Notes: generated by a model from the sequence alone, not told the origin. 64,000 bases of DNA from an uncultured virus (IMG/VR IMGVR_UViG_3300017593_001263) (IMGVR_UViG_3300017593_001263); one strand, 5' to 3'; counted from the first letter of the stretch, positions 19,471-30,031 are shown. A program made the numbers and translations.

Positions 19471-20219
19471 TTATGGTAAAGCTAACCCTTGTTCATGGAG
19501 ATTGTTTGAAAGTTCTGCCGAAGATTCCAGATGAAAGTATAGATACGATAATAGCAGACTATCCATTCAAGATGTATAGCGACTTGGTTAAAAACAGCTT
19601 TCATTATAGGGAACTTGAGTTCATTTTAAATCTAACCAAAAGGGAGCAAGATAGAATATTTTACGAAAAGTTCATTGAATTGACTAGTTCTGAGTTCTAC
19701 AGAATATTGAAGCCCAACGGAAATTTGATAGTTGTCAATAACCCACACAACTTGTTCATATCTGCGAAGTACTTTGAAAAATTCGAATTCAGAAATGAAT
19801 TAACCCTCATAAGACCTCACGCATTCTATCCAAACAAGATGCTTGGTATGAAGCACAACAACGCTTGGTTTCTGTGTAAGGGCGGTAAAGATAAGTGGAA
19901 CTACATGAAAATGCCAGATGTTATCGAATACAAGAATGGGTATAATGGACACCCAGAAGCATTGCCAGAAGAGCTTGTTGAGCTGTTTTTAAAGCTGACT
20001 ACAAATTCTGGAGAGGTTGTGTTAGACCCATTCGCTGGCTCTGGAACAACGCTTCAAGTGTGCAGAAGACTTGGTATTAACTGCATAGCAATAGAGATAA
20101 ACGAGGATTACATCAACGTAATAAAGAGGAGGCTCAATTGGGGTTCATCGCTTGGAGATGTTGAATTTAAATTTTATGATGAACGTGATTTTTTATGGAG
20201 TGATTGTAATGGTGGTTAA
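19467..20219 (+). CDS. N4/N6 DNA methyltransferase, beta class
   Basis: GDCL..L..IPDESID, motif IV variant DYPF, HP..P..L, motif I DPFAGSGTT. Confidence 0.85.
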   Translation: MIMVKLTLVHGDCLKVLPKIPDESIDTIIADYPFKMYSDLVKNSFHYRELEFILNLTKREQDRIFYEKFIELTSSEFYRILKPNGNLIVVNNPHNLFISAKYFEKFEFRNELTLIRPHAFYPNKMLGMKHNNAWFLCKGGKDKWNYMKMPDVIEYKNGYNGHPEALPEELVELFLKLTTNSGEVVLDPFAGSGTTLQVCRRLGINCIAIEINEDYINVIKRRLNWGSSLGDVEFKFYDERDFLWSDCNGG

Positions 20220-20829
20220 AGTTCTAAACTTGTATGCTGGAATAGGTGGGAACAGAAAGCTATGGAATGGAGTTAAAGTTGTTGCTGTTGAAATAGATAA
20301 GAAGATAGCTGCCATCTATCAAGATTTTTTTCCAGATGATGAAGTAGTTGTTGCTGACGCCCACGAATTTCTGCTTGAGAACTTTGAGGAATTTGATTTC
20401 ATTTGGAGCTCTCCTCCTTGTCAGACTCATTCGAGAGCAAGGTACTGGGGTTATGGGAAAAAGAGACCGACGTATCCAGACCTATCTCTGTATGAGGAGA
20501 TTATATTTTTGAGACATCACTTCGAAGGCAAGTGGGTTGTTGAGAATGTTATTCCATACTACGAAGCGTTGATAAAACCAACTGCACAGATAGATAGACA
20601 CTTGTTCTGGAGCAACTACTCAATTCCGTCAATGAATCACGATTTCGAATATCCGAAGGACTATCCAAAACAGCTTGAGAATCTGTACGGTTTTGATTTG
20701 TCGAAATACAAGTTGACCAACAAAGAGAAGCAAAAGATTCTTAGAAATGTTGTGCATCCAGAGATAGGCAAGCACGTGTTTGAATCTGCGTTCACACAAA
20801 AACAAATAAATTCCTTCTTGTCCATATAA
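20209..20829 (+). CDS. C5 cytosine DNA methyltransferase-like protein (short form)
   Basis: NLYAGIGG (motif I), SPPCQ (IV), ENV (VI). Confidence 0.85.
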   Translation: MVVKVLNLYAGIGGNRKLWNGVKVVAVEIDKKIAAIYQDFFPDDEVVVADAHEFLLENFEEFDFIWSSPPCQTHSRARYWGYGKKRPTYPDLSLYEEIIFLRHHFEGKWVVENVIPYYEALIKPTAQIDRHLFWSNYSIPSMNHDFEYPKDYPKQLENLYGFDLSKYKLTNKEKQKILRNVVHPEIGKHVFESAFTQKQINSFLSI

Positions 20830-20834
20830 AATCC

Positions 20835-23800
20835 ATGCGGAAAATTTTGATAGCCATGATTCTGTTTATGCTATTGTTTATTCCGATTTCTCAAGCAAGG
20901 CCTTATTATTCATCCGAGAGATATGGATGTTTTGAAGTTACTTGGAAGGGAAGTATTGGCGCAGTAAGTCAAAATTACAAAGTAACGATCAAGGAATTAT
21001 GTGGGTACAACAGATACATAACTCCGATATTTGTCATCGATAACTTCTATGTTAATCCTAATAAGATTAAAGTTGTTGTGAAGTATCCCAAGCTAGTTAC
21101 CGAATATGTTAATGAAACTGCACCAGTAAAAGTTTACGAAACGTACAATTATACTCAGGGAGATGGAGTTATATTCAATCCACCGATATTGACGAAAGAC
21201 GATTTGGTTTTCCACAATAATTGTTATGATAACGGTGATAATCAAACGTTCACTTGTGTATTGACTAATTATACAAATCAGACTGTGTTGAAAACGTTAA
21301 GAAAGTACTATAGAGTTAATTACAAAAGGGTTGATTACTCTAATACGATAGTGATCTATCCGAAAGAAAAATTATACGTTGGAGGTCATGATTCAGTAAC
21401 AATTCGATTTAAAATTAAATATATTCATGTGACTAAGCATAAAAAGAGATGGGTAACTGGTAGGGCTGGAGTAATCATAGAAGGACACTTGTATCACCCT
21501 TGGTTTAATACTTCTTGGAGTAACCGAAAGTTGATAGTGTTGAATACAACTGTTGGTAACAGTTTTGCAATACGTTTAAATAAATATCCAGAAATGCAAC
21601 CCGACTGTTCGGATATTAGGGTAACAGCACTCGGATATGATCTTAAAGAACACGACTTACCGTTTACAGTTTTGGATTGTAATAATGATAGCGTCATCAT
21701 TGCTATGAGAACTCAACCGCAATATATCTGGGATTCAGCATCACCAAACACGATTTATGTGTATTATGGTAACGATAACCCGCCACCAAGGGAATTGCCA
21801 ACATCGAATTATTTTCTTGATCCAAAGGACTACATAAGTATAGGTTATGGTCCTTCTGTTGCATTAGAGGAAGAAGATGCATTGTATGTTGCAAATCCAA
21901 ATGCAGCTTCTAACAAACATGTTAGGCTGTGTAAATATTATGGAGGATCATCAACATGCGTGTTGTCCACTCTTTATTCAAGGTGGTATTATGCTCTTGG
22001 AATAGCAAATGTTATCTCTGACAATTCATCCATATATGTTGCAGGGTTCTATTATAATATGTACGATGGTTGGTACAGGTGGTTAGGTTATGTCATGAAA
22101 GTTAATAGATCATCGATGTCTGTTGAATACGAGGCATCAATATTTCCGATCACAGATAGTTATCCGATAGATAATTTTTGGGTTTATGATGCAACTTTGT
22201 ATAATGGTAACTTAATTTTGGCTTGCAGATGGCAGTATAAAACATATACTGTTACAGATGACAAGAGCATGCTAGTTATAGTGAATACTACCTCTGGTGC
22301 TGTGATACAAACTGTGGTGTTTGATAATCCATCTCAGACAGACTATTTCGTACGAGTGTTCGAGGTGAATGGCAGCCTAATGGCTATACGGAGAGTGGGT
22401 TCTGATATGTATTTGGTTAAATTTAATAATAGTTATGGTATTGTTAATCAAGAACTACTTCCGTTGAATTTTATAGATTATAGAAAAGCCAGCGATGGCA
22501 ACACATATTTGTACTTCAAAGATGCATCCATATACAAAGTTAATGTAAATGGAACATTATCGTTATTGAGGCAAGTTAGTATACCTTCAGGTACTAATGC
22601 GATAGACGTCATATTTATAGCGAATTACCCGAATGCTGGTGTAGTTCCAACCACATCTCAAAAATGTTATTATGATTACGATGTCGTTTGGTGCAGTTAT
22701 GCGAATAATGATCGTGCCTTTTTCAGACAGAAAATAAATTTAAATGTAACTAAAAGTAGCATGCCGTATTATTATTGTTATAGATACACCTACTCACAAT
22801 CCTATTGTTTTAAATACATGTTTAGAGATTATCACGATGAACCAATAACATACCATAGTTATACGGAGTTTATCGTTAATAATACCTACGAGGTTAATTA
22901 TTCGTATGTTATCTTGAATGCTGTTTTGAATAAATCTTTGGATGAGCTTAGCGGAATTTATGTGTCTACTGAGAATCCAGTTGAATACTTACCATTTTAT
23001 GTCAAAACTTCTACTCTGAATAATACGCTATTACATATCCCGATCGTAAATCTATCTGCTGGTAGTGTGAGAACTATCAAAGTATTCCATAATTCTTCCT
23101 CACCATACGTGCCACATTATGCTCAAGAACAGTACGTATATCCAATTTATTTAGTTACGTATCCAGCACGTAAATATACTAGTCAGACACCATATCCACC
23201 GTTGCGGAAGAGTGTTACCGCTAGTGTGAGCCTATATCAGACGGCGTACTTCTACTATTATGCAGCAGATTATATCAAAACAATAAAAACATTTCAAGCA
23301 CCGTTTCGAATTGAGATAACGATGCGTGATTGTACTGGGAACTGGATATACGTAAATTCGACAAACCATACAATAAAAATTAGAACGGCAAACCCATATT
23401 GGAATTACGGTCAATTTCAAATATACATTGATGACAATTTAGTTTATTCGAATAACGTATTTGTTACTAGTGAGTTTTATAGATTACTTATCGATTTAGA
23501 CCAGTATGGTAATCTAACAATAAAGTTTGGAGGTGGTCAGTTTAGACCAGATCAATTTAATTACGGAGGATGGATTGTTGATTTCTCAACAAATGTTAGT
23601 TCAGATTGGCTATTGCAAGAATATAGCTTAAGTACCGAGAATCAAAAAGTCGGTAGGCTATCTGTCTATACTTATTTGCCCGAGGATATACTAATTTATG
23701 GCGGTGAATTCCCATACGAATATGTTGTAGATATTGAGTCTTTAAATACACCTCCAGATATTACGATATTTTCTCCAAATAGTTATCAGTTCTATAACTT

Positions 23801-24845
23801 CCCAGTATTAGACTTTATAGTTACGGATGCTGAGTCCGAATATTTATATGTTACCGTCGAACTCGATAATTCAACGATATATTACAATTCGTCTTATGTT
23901 AACGGAACTAGGATGGTATTAGACTTGACGCAATACATTAACATGAGTGTTTTCACACCACATGTAGTTCGTGTTATGGCGTATGACGGTACTGCGGTTT
24001 CGTATTCCGATGAGATACCATTCTATTATGCACCGTTTGAGTTTTACACCACTATGAAATCGGATTTCATAGAAAGGTATGATTATCAACAGATAAATCT
24101 TTCAACCACTTTGGTCAACACCACCAACTTCATAATAGAGTGGTGGTATTCAGACTTCGACACAACCTATGCTCCGCAGAACGATACGGTAGTGCCGAAC
24201 TGTTCATTGCCGTGGTGCAACGCAACTTACGAAATACCTTGCACCCAGAACAGCTTCGTTTACTTTAACGCTTACGTAACCAATGGAACTAATACCTATA
24301 AGGCTGGTCCTTTCAGCTATATATGTGGTGGATTACCAGCGTCAGTTGGCGTTACCACACCAACCCCAGTTCAGACTGCTGGAGGTGGTTTATCTCCGAA
24401 TACCGAGCTGGATGTTAAGAGCTTTGCAATAAAAGTACCAGAAGGACAATGTGTTGATGACGTGTTAGTTGTTGAGCTAAAACATGATTGGTTCACCTAC
24501 AACGCAACCCTTAAAATCTACGACTTGCCATCCAATATGATTTTCTATCCGAAGAACATAGTGATAGAACCGGGTAGCAATTTGATAGATATTAGTGTTT
24601 GTGGTGTTGAGGATGGTGATTATGCGGGAAGGGCTGTCATAACACTTGAGAACGGAATACAAGATTCAGCAGAAGTAGCCGTGCATGTCAGAAGCTTTAG
24701 CCAGAGTCTGATTGATATCGCAAGAAGCTGGTGGATGTGGTTGATTATTTTGGTTGGATTAGTGCTTTGGTACAAAGGAAAAACCCAACTTAACTATTTC
24801 CTCTATGTTCAAACCTATATAGCCCAAGATTACGAGAATCAATAA
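20835..24845 (+). CDS. large surface protein/adhesin with DUF2341-like domain and C-terminal TM
   Basis: signal peptide; WFNTSWSNRK..MQPDCSDIRV..YVYYGN; many NxS/T sequons; C-terminal domain shared with 33731-35968. Confidence 0.75.
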   Translation: MRKILIAMILFMLLFIPISQARPYYSSERYGCFEVTWKGSIGAVSQNYKVTIKELCGYNRYITPIFVIDNFYVNPNKIKVVVKYPKLVTEYVNETAPVKVYETYNYTQGDGVIFNPPILTKDDLVFHNNCYDNGDNQTFTCVLTNYTNQTVLKTLRKYYRVNYKRVDYSNTIVIYPKEKLYVGGHDSVTIRFKIKYIHVTKHKKRWVTGRAGVIIEGHLYHPWFNTSWSNRKLIVLNTTVGNSFAIRLNKYPEMQPDCSDIRVTALGYDLKEHDLPFTVLDCNNDSVIIAMRTQPQYIWDSASPNTIYVYYGNDNPPPRELPTSNYFLDPKDYISIGYGPSVALEEEDALYVANPNAASNKHVRLCKYYGGSSTCVLSTLYSRWYYALGIANVISDNSSIYVAGFYYNMYDGWYRWLGYVMKVNRSSMSVEYEASIFPITDSYPIDNFWVYDATLYNGNLILACRWQYKTYTVTDDKSMLVIVNTTSGAVIQTVVFDNPSQTDYFVRVFEVNGSLMAIRRVGSDMYLVKFNNSYGIVNQELLPLNFIDYRKASDGNTYLYFKDASIYKVNVNGTLSLLRQVSIPSGTNAIDVIFIANYPNAGVVPTTSQKCYYDYDVVWCSYANNDRAFFRQKINLNVTKSSMPYYYCYRYTYSQSYCFKYMFRDYHDEPITYHSYTEFIVNNTYEVNYSYVILNAVLNKSLDELSGIYVSTENPVEYLPFYVKTSTLNNTLLHIPIVNLSAGSVRTIKVFHNSSSPYVPHYAQEQYVYPIYLVTYPARKYTSQTPYPPLRKSVTASVSLYQTAYFYYYAADYIKTIKTFQAPFRIEITMRDCTGNWIYVNSTNHTIKIRTANPYWNYGQFQIYIDDNLVYSNNVFVTSEFYRLLIDLDQYGNLTIKFGGGQFRPDQFNYGGWIVDFSTNVSSDWLLQEYSLSTENQKVGRLSVYTYLPEDILIYGGEFPYEYVVDIESLNTPPDITIFSPNSYQFYNFPVLDFIVTDAESEYLYVTVELDNSTIYYNSSYVNGTRMVLDLTQYINMSVFTPHVVRVMAYDGTAVSYSDEIPFYYAPFEFYTTMKSDFIERYDYQQINLSTTLVNTTNFIIEWWYSDFDTTYAPQNDTVVPNCSLPWCNATYEIPCTQNSFVYFNAYVTNGTNTYKAGPFSYICGGLPASVGVTTPTPVQTAGGGLSPNTELDVKSFAIKVPEGQCVDDVLVVELKHDWFTYNATLKIYDLPSNMIFYPKNIVIEPGSNLIDISVCGVEDGDYAGRAVITLENGIQDSAEVAVHVRSFSQSLIDIARSWWMWLIILVGLVLWYKGKTQLNYFLYVQTYIAQDYENQ

Positions 24846-25055
24846 GAACAATGCAAGTTTTTTAATTAGTTCATCCTTAACAACCATCTGAACAGCATAC
24901 ACTATACACACAATGGTGAGCAACGTTGCGATGTTTTTATCGAGCTGTATTCCAAACAAGTTCAAGAAGTATGTTATTGAGAAGTAGAGACCATTTGCTA
25001 TATCTTTTATGGCTTGTGCGAAGTAGCTTAAAGCTGTGCTCAACCCATTTGACAT
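24759..25055 (-). CDS. membrane protein
   Basis: from MSNGLSTAL; hydrophobic helices; directly follows 25058 ORF. Confidence 0.55.
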   Translation of the reverse strand: MSNGLSTALSYFAQAIKDIANGLYFSITYFLNLFGIQLDKNIATLLTIVCIVYAVQMVVKDELIKKLALFLLILVILGYIGLNIEEIVKLGFSFVPKH

Positions 25056-25057
25056 AA

Positions 25058-25462
25058 TCAATCCTTGTTTTCGAGATTTAACTCTTTTTCGGTTGGAATC
25101 ACCTTCTTTAATATCGGTATCTCTATTTTTAAGACTGTTCTTTGCTCCTCTATCCACAACTCTATCGCTTCGTTCAAGCTCTTTAATACATCTTCTGTTG
25201 TCAAGTTTCCTTTTTTCTTTTTCATCTGCATAGCTATCAAAAATGTGTGCCACAGTTCTTCATCCACTCCTGCTGGTTTTGCCACTACGTCTGGCTTCTT
25301 GCTTATTACTATTCTGTCATCTAGCTGCGTTACGTAAACCTTGTCTCCTTTGTTTATGCCCAAGCTGTGGAGTTCTTGGCTAAGATAAAGTCCGAATCCA
25401 TTCCCGAATTGCTGTACCGTTTTCTCTCTTGTCGTGATATTCCACATCATATTACACCTCAC
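25058..25462 (-). CDS. AbrB/SpoVT-like regulator with RHH-like C-terminus
   Basis: TVQQFGNGFGLYL..LGINKGDKVYV; VDEELW..F. Confidence 0.65.
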   Translation of the reverse strand: MRCNMMWNITTREKTVQQFGNGFGLYLSQELHSLGINKGDKVYVTQLDDRIVISKKPDVVAKPAGVDEELWHTFLIAMQMKKKKGNLTTEDVLKSLNEAIELWIEEQRTVLKIEIPILKKVIPTEKELNLENKD

Positions 25463-25598
25463 ATTAGCTTTTTGGTTTGGAAATTTTTGATTCTTTTGGT
25501 ATATTTGTATATTAATTCATTTACATAAATTTATATTTAGTAATGTTCATAATTTATGGTAGCCCCACCCTTATGAGTGGGGCGTATCGGTGATATAG

Positions 25599-26681
25599 AT
25601 GGGCGTGAAGATAGGCAATACAGAAGTGCCTGTGTGGGTACTTGCAGTACTTGGTGTGATCGTTGCATGGAAACTAGGATGGCTCGCTGGACTTAGTGGG
25701 CTTAGCGTATCTCAAGTCGGTACACTAAGCCAAGTCGGAGCATTCAACCAAGGAAATGCAGCAGGAGCTGGTGAAGGCGGAGAGGTCGTTGAACAAGCAC
25801 CAGAGCTGCCAGAGTATGCACTCAGCTCTGTCGTGATGTATATCAAAGATAAACTTGATCCGAAAGCAGGAGTGCCTAACGTGACAGTAGATGTCTATAA
25901 GGTCGATAAGGCAAGCATGAGCATAGATGAGATGTCTGCAATAGCAACTGATCCTTACGAGGATGTGGTCGATAGTGCTGTCAGCGATTCAAGCGGTAAG
26001 GTCGAGCTTGTTAAGGGAATGATAAAAGTGAACCAGCCTTATCTGTATGCTATAAAGGGAGATAGCAACGTGTACGACAAGCTGTTCGTTAAGGTGATAC
26101 CAGTTCCTGCTAAGTACTTCGCTGTGACGACTTACACCTTTGATGAACCCGTGTATGTCTACAGAGTCGGTGCTTTCGCTGACCCAAGCCCAGATGCAGA
26201 CAACGTGCTCAGCGGTTCTGAGTACCCAGAGCTCAACGCATCTGGTAAGAGCGGTCTCCAGTACTTCGAGTTTGACATAGAGATAGGAGAGACTGACCCA
26301 GGAGCTGTGCTCAAAGACCCTGTGCTTGTGCTCAGAACTCCAGAGGACGTGCAGCTTCAGCCTGGTGCTATTAAGAGCATATACATAGTCAGGAAGGAGG
26401 GTGAAGACCTCGGCATACCTGTGTACAACCTCGTCAGCAGCATAAACAGCAGACCGATAAAACTCAAGGTCGGCTATGACGAGGAAGAGGGAGCAAACAT
26501 AATGACTGTTGGTAACTCAGCGGTTTACACCGTGAAGCTCAGCTACGATGCAGACCTCATAAACAACGGCGACAAGATAGAGATAATCCTTGATGACCTT
26601 GGCGACTACAGAGGACAAGACATTGGAACTCTGAATACCAAGGCAGACCCAGCGAAGGTCGTCATAGAGTTCGTCAAGTAA
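25599..26681 (+). CDS. membrane-anchored acidic beta-rich protein, candidate major structural protein
   Basis: N-terminal TM, Gly/Ala linker, C-ending codon bias (GAC/CTC/GTC), own terminator. Confidence 0.6.
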   Translation: MGVKIGNTEVPVWVLAVLGVIVAWKLGWLAGLSGLSVSQVGTLSQVGAFNQGNAAGAGEGGEVVEQAPELPEYALSSVVMYIKDKLDPKAGVPNVTVDVYKVDKASMSIDEMSAIATDPYEDVVDSAVSDSSGKVELVKGMIKVNQPYLYAIKGDSNVYDKLFVKVIPVPAKYFAVTTYTFDEPVYVYRVGAFADPSPDADNVLSGSEYPELNASGKSGLQYFEFDIEIGETDPGAVLKDPVLVLRTPEDVQLQPGAIKSIYIVRKEGEDLGIPVYNLVSSINSRPIKLKVGYDEEEGANIMTVGNSAVYTVKLSYDADLINNGDKIEIILDDLGDYRGQDIGTLNTKADPAKVVIEFVK

Positions 26682-26684
26682 ACC

Positions 26685-26730
26685 AGTTAGCGAGAGCCTA
26701 AGGCTCTCGGCAACTTTTTTTCTTTTTATT
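26685..26730 (+). terminator. hairpin + T-tract terminator
   Basis: CGAGAGCC-TAA-GGCTCTCG followed by TTTTTTTCTTTTT. Confidence 0.7.
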
Positions 26731-26731
26731 A

Positions 26732-27911
26732 GTGAGCTACCCCGTCGATAATATTGGGGCTTCTTGCTTCATTGAGAAGACTTGCCCCTCGATTACCGAT
26801 TGAGCGGTAACGAGGAGTAGAGGTCTTCTCTCCACAAGCTCAAAGGGCCGCCCCAGCCCCGATGATAAGATTCTGCAAGCTGAAATATAATCTCTGTAGG
26901 GGTCATCAAAACTTAATCCTTTCGATGTGCCCTTTGGATTTACTTTGATAACTCTCCTACCAGCTCTCTCAGCCTTGTAGGAGAGCATCTGGATGAATTT
27001 TCCCCATGAAGCGTCAAGTATACGTCGTGCTAATGTGTTATTACTATTTCTAACCATAGTTTGAATATTCAAGTCTTCCACAACGATGATGTCATAGTTG
27101 TTCACATAGAATCTTGATAGCTTGTGAAGGAAATCGTCCCTCTGGTTTTTCAACTTTTCGTAAGCTTTCGCAAGCTTCCTTCTGGCTTTTTCATAGTTGT
27201 TAGAACCCTTCTGCTTCCTCGATAGCTCTTTTTGGAGCTTCCTTATTCGATTCAGGGTTTTTTCATAGTACTTTGGATTTTCTATCTGCCTCCCGTCCGA
27301 ATCCGTAAGGAAGCATCTTACGCCAACATCTATACCGACCACTCTGTTTGTTTTAAGTAAAGGTTGTTTTTCTTCTTCGACTTGAAATATCGCATACCAC
27401 TTGCCAGATTTTTCACGCTTGATAATAACTCCTTTTACCTTTCCGTCTATCTTGCGGTGAAGTTTTATCGGAATTGTACCTATTTTTGAGAGATGGAGTT
27501 TGTTGCCAACTATTTTGAAACCAGATTGATTGTAATTCAGAGTTTTGAAAGAGTTAGGAGAGGTCTTATATCTCAATCTGCCAACTTTTTTGCCGTTCTT
27601 TCTCAACTCGTCTAAAGCTTTTATATTTGACCAAAGCTGGTGGTTTACCATTTGAAGAACTTTAGCATAAACATTTTTGAGATTCGTGTTCTCTTCTTGC
27701 TTCAGCTTAACTATTAGAGATTGGGTATTCTTACGAGTTATCTCTATTCCTTCTTTTCTTGCTTTGTTCACTTCTTCGAGAAGTCGATTATACAACCATC
27801 TGCAAATTTCCATGTGTTCGATGAGTTTTAATTCTGTAGTTTTCGATGGGTATATGCGGAATCGATATGATAACATATAAATAATTATCTGAGAAAAATT
27901 CTTATGTGTTT
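26732..27911 (-). mobile_element. IS200/IS605-family solo-TnpB element, copy 2
   Basis: right end GCCCCAATATTATCGACGGGGTAGCTCAC; homologous to copy 1; left end approximate. Confidence 0.8.
26737..27876 (-). CDS. tnpB: TnpB RNA-guided nuclease
   Basis: same motifs as copy 1 (GIDVG, VVEDL, RDYISA). Confidence 0.93.
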   Translation of the reverse strand: MLSYRFRIYPSKTTELKLIEHMEICRWLYNRLLEEVNKARKEGIEITRKNTQSLIVKLKQEENTNLKNVYAKVLQMVNHQLWSNIKALDELRKNGKKVGRLRYKTSPNSFKTLNYNQSGFKIVGNKLHLSKIGTIPIKLHRKIDGKVKGVIIKREKSGKWYAIFQVEEEKQPLLKTNRVVGIDVGVRCFLTDSDGRQIENPKYYEKTLNRIRKLQKELSRKQKGSNNYEKARRKLAKAYEKLKNQRDDFLHKLSRFYVNNYDIIVVEDLNIQTMVRNSNNTLARRILDASWGKFIQMLSYKAERAGRRVIKVNPKGTSKGLSFDDPYRDYISACRILSSGLGRPFELVERRPLLLVTAQSVIEGQVFSMKQEAPILSTG

Positions 27912-27965
27912 TTGTTTGACTTTTATCTCCACCCTATCGAATGGAGTCTCTTCGAGGTGTTTTAG

Positions 27966-28253
27966 ATGAATCTGCTTGATTTCTCTATCAAGAAAGTTGA
28001 AGAAAAAGTTGACGGCATTGATTATAAAAAGAAGTTTGACGAATTGCATGACGAGATTAAGAAAGCGATATACGAAAACATTTGTTCTGAATGTAAAGCT
28101 GATTGTGGTGATGCTTGTGTGTTCTTGAAATTTTTGCTGATGTTCGACAGTATCTCTTTTACAAGATGCCAAAAATGTGGTGGAGATGCATTATCCTTGA
28201 AGAGAGATGGTGATGAGCTTATTCTTTGCTTGAGTGAGAAAGTGTTGAGGTAA
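27966..28253 (+). CDS. small Cys-rich protein
   Basis: CSEC..C...C and CQKC; GAGGTG RBS. Confidence 0.55.
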   Translation: MNLLDFSIKKVEEKVDGIDYKKKFDELHDEIKKAIYENICSECKADCGDACVFLKFLLMFDSISFTRCQKCGGDALSLKRDGDELILCLSEKVLR

Positions 28254-28254
28254 C

Positions 28255-28285
28255 ATTTATATTCGTTCTCAACCATATAATATCC
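28255..28285 (+). promoter_or_regulatory. shared leaderless promoter (ATTTATATTC at -31, CATATA at -12)
   Basis: same motif and spacing at 31100, 33700 and 36116. Confidence 0.75.
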
Positions 28286-30031
28286 ATGCAGTTTAAGAGA
28301 GTTATGGCAGTTGGACTGTCGTTAATGCTATTTTTATTCTATATCTTAGCGATAATGTCACTTGCACATGCAGAAGTTTTATCAGTAAGTAAGACAGATT
28401 TAGTGTCGAATGCTCCAGAGCTTGATGGAAAGACAGCTTGGTTTGTTTTAATGTCTGCTGGAACATCAGAAAGAATAGTTGGTAGGGTAGATTCATCACA
28501 GATAAAAGATCCAGAAACTGGAGCAACTGCAAAGCACAGTTTTGAAATTTCTATAGGTGTTGATGATTATCAATGCGATTATGCAGTAAGACAACAAGAA
28601 GCATTTGAGACCAAAATATTCGAAGCAAAGATGTTTGAGACAGAAAAGGAGGGATATTATGATTCTTGTCCTTATGATGTTCAGTATGATTGTGCACACA
28701 GAAGTGCTATAGGAGGTCCTAGACCGCTGTGCGGTGTTAAAGAACACTATACTCGATACATAATAAAGACATATACTCGTTTCTATTGCATATATTTTGA
28801 ACCGATTGCCTCTACTTACGCATTAGACACACCAAATCAGAATTTCATAGCAACTATAAAAATAACTAGGGATGATGGTGCTATAGAAAACTTGAAAATA
28901 AGTAGTGGTGGCGCACTAACTCCAGAAGAGAGTAAATATAACGTAGGAGTAACTGCGAAGTCCTCAGATGGTAATGTTTATGTTAATTGGGTCGGTTATC
29001 TAAGTTTAGGCAAGGGTTGCCCAAATCCAGCAAATTATAGAGCTGTATTTATGAATGGAGAGTGGTTTACCACATCGGCAGACTATGTAGATAAGTATGT
29101 GGCTGCATACTCTGATTTGGCTACGTGTGTAGTTACTATCGATTCTAAATATGTTGAGAACTGTTTATCTTCCTACAATTATTATGCGCATTTAGCTACG
29201 TCACGTGTACCAATACAAACAGCAGATGCATTGGACAGAACTAAAACGGCTGAATATACAGAAGTAGAAGGGAAAGCTCACTTTGTACTACACTTGGATA
29301 CTTTGTTACAATCTCCCGTATTTAGATTTTTAATATTTGCAGACTGGCTTGGAGTATTTATACCACAAGGTAAACCAAAGATATTGAAAGTAGAACCGAA
29401 CCAGATAACGTCTGGAACTCAGAACATATATGTGCAAGTTCAGAATCTTGCAGATGTAGAAGATACCTTTAATGTTTACATAAACTGTGATAATTATATT
29501 GCAAAAGCATATAATAAAGTTACCATACCACCACACCAAGCTAGATGGGTCGCTTTAAGAGTTACAGCTTCTGCTAATTATGAAAGAACTGCGAACTGTG
29601 TAGTGGTAGCTGAGAATTCGCTAGGCACGGAATCTGATTCATATAAGATAGGAATAACAGTTAAGCCTATAGGGTATTGTACTCCAGGCACTATGAGATG
29701 CAACGGTAATGTTATAGAAAAGTGTAATGAAGCTGGAACTGCTTGGATTAAAGTACAAGAGTGTTCGTATGGATGTAAAGAGACTGCAAGTGGACCAGTA
29801 TGTTATGCACCCCAAGATAGGGATGGAGACGGTATACCAGATGATGTGGACAAATGTCCAGATGAGTATGGATACCCGATATATGATGGATGTCCAAAAC
29901 CAAAAGAAGGAATGTCTAAGTTGACGTGGGTTCTACTGGCAATAGCAGTTATATTGATGTTGTACGTATTAGTTTTTAAGGTAGCCCCTTGGTACATAAT
30001 TCACCATTACCTCGGAGGTGGAAGACGATGA
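28286..30031 (+). CDS. Cys-rich secreted protein with one TSP3-like repeat and C-terminal TM
   Basis: signal peptide; [21 protein letters not shown] near C-terminus. Confidence 0.75.
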   Translation: MQFKRVMAVGLSLMLFLFYILAIMSLAHAEVLSVSKTDLVSNAPELDGKTAWFVLMSAGTSERIVGRVDSSQIKDPETGATAKHSFEISIGVDDYQCDYAVRQQEAFETKIFEAKMFETEKEGYYDSCPYDVQYDCAHRSAIGGPRPLCGVKEHYTRYIIKTYTRFYCIYFEPIASTYALDTPNQNFIATIKITRDDGAIENLKISSGGALTPEESKYNVGVTAKSSDGNVYVNWVGYLSLGKGCPNPANYRAVFMNGEWFTTSADYVDKYVAAYSDLATCVVTIDSKYVENCLSSYNYYAHLATSRVPIQTADALDRTKTAEYTEVEGKAHFVLHLDTLLQSPVFRFLIFADWLGVFIPQGKPKILKVEPNQITSGTQNIYVQVQNLADVEDTFNVYINCDNYIAKAYNKVTIPPHQARWVALRVTASANYERTANCVVVAENSLGTESDSYKIGITVKPIGYCTPGTMRCNGNVIEKCNEAGTAWIKVQECSYGCKETASGPVCYAPQDRDGDGIPDDVDKCPDEYGYPIYDGCPKPKEGMSKLTWVLLAIAVILMLYVLVFKVAPWYIIHHYLGGGRR

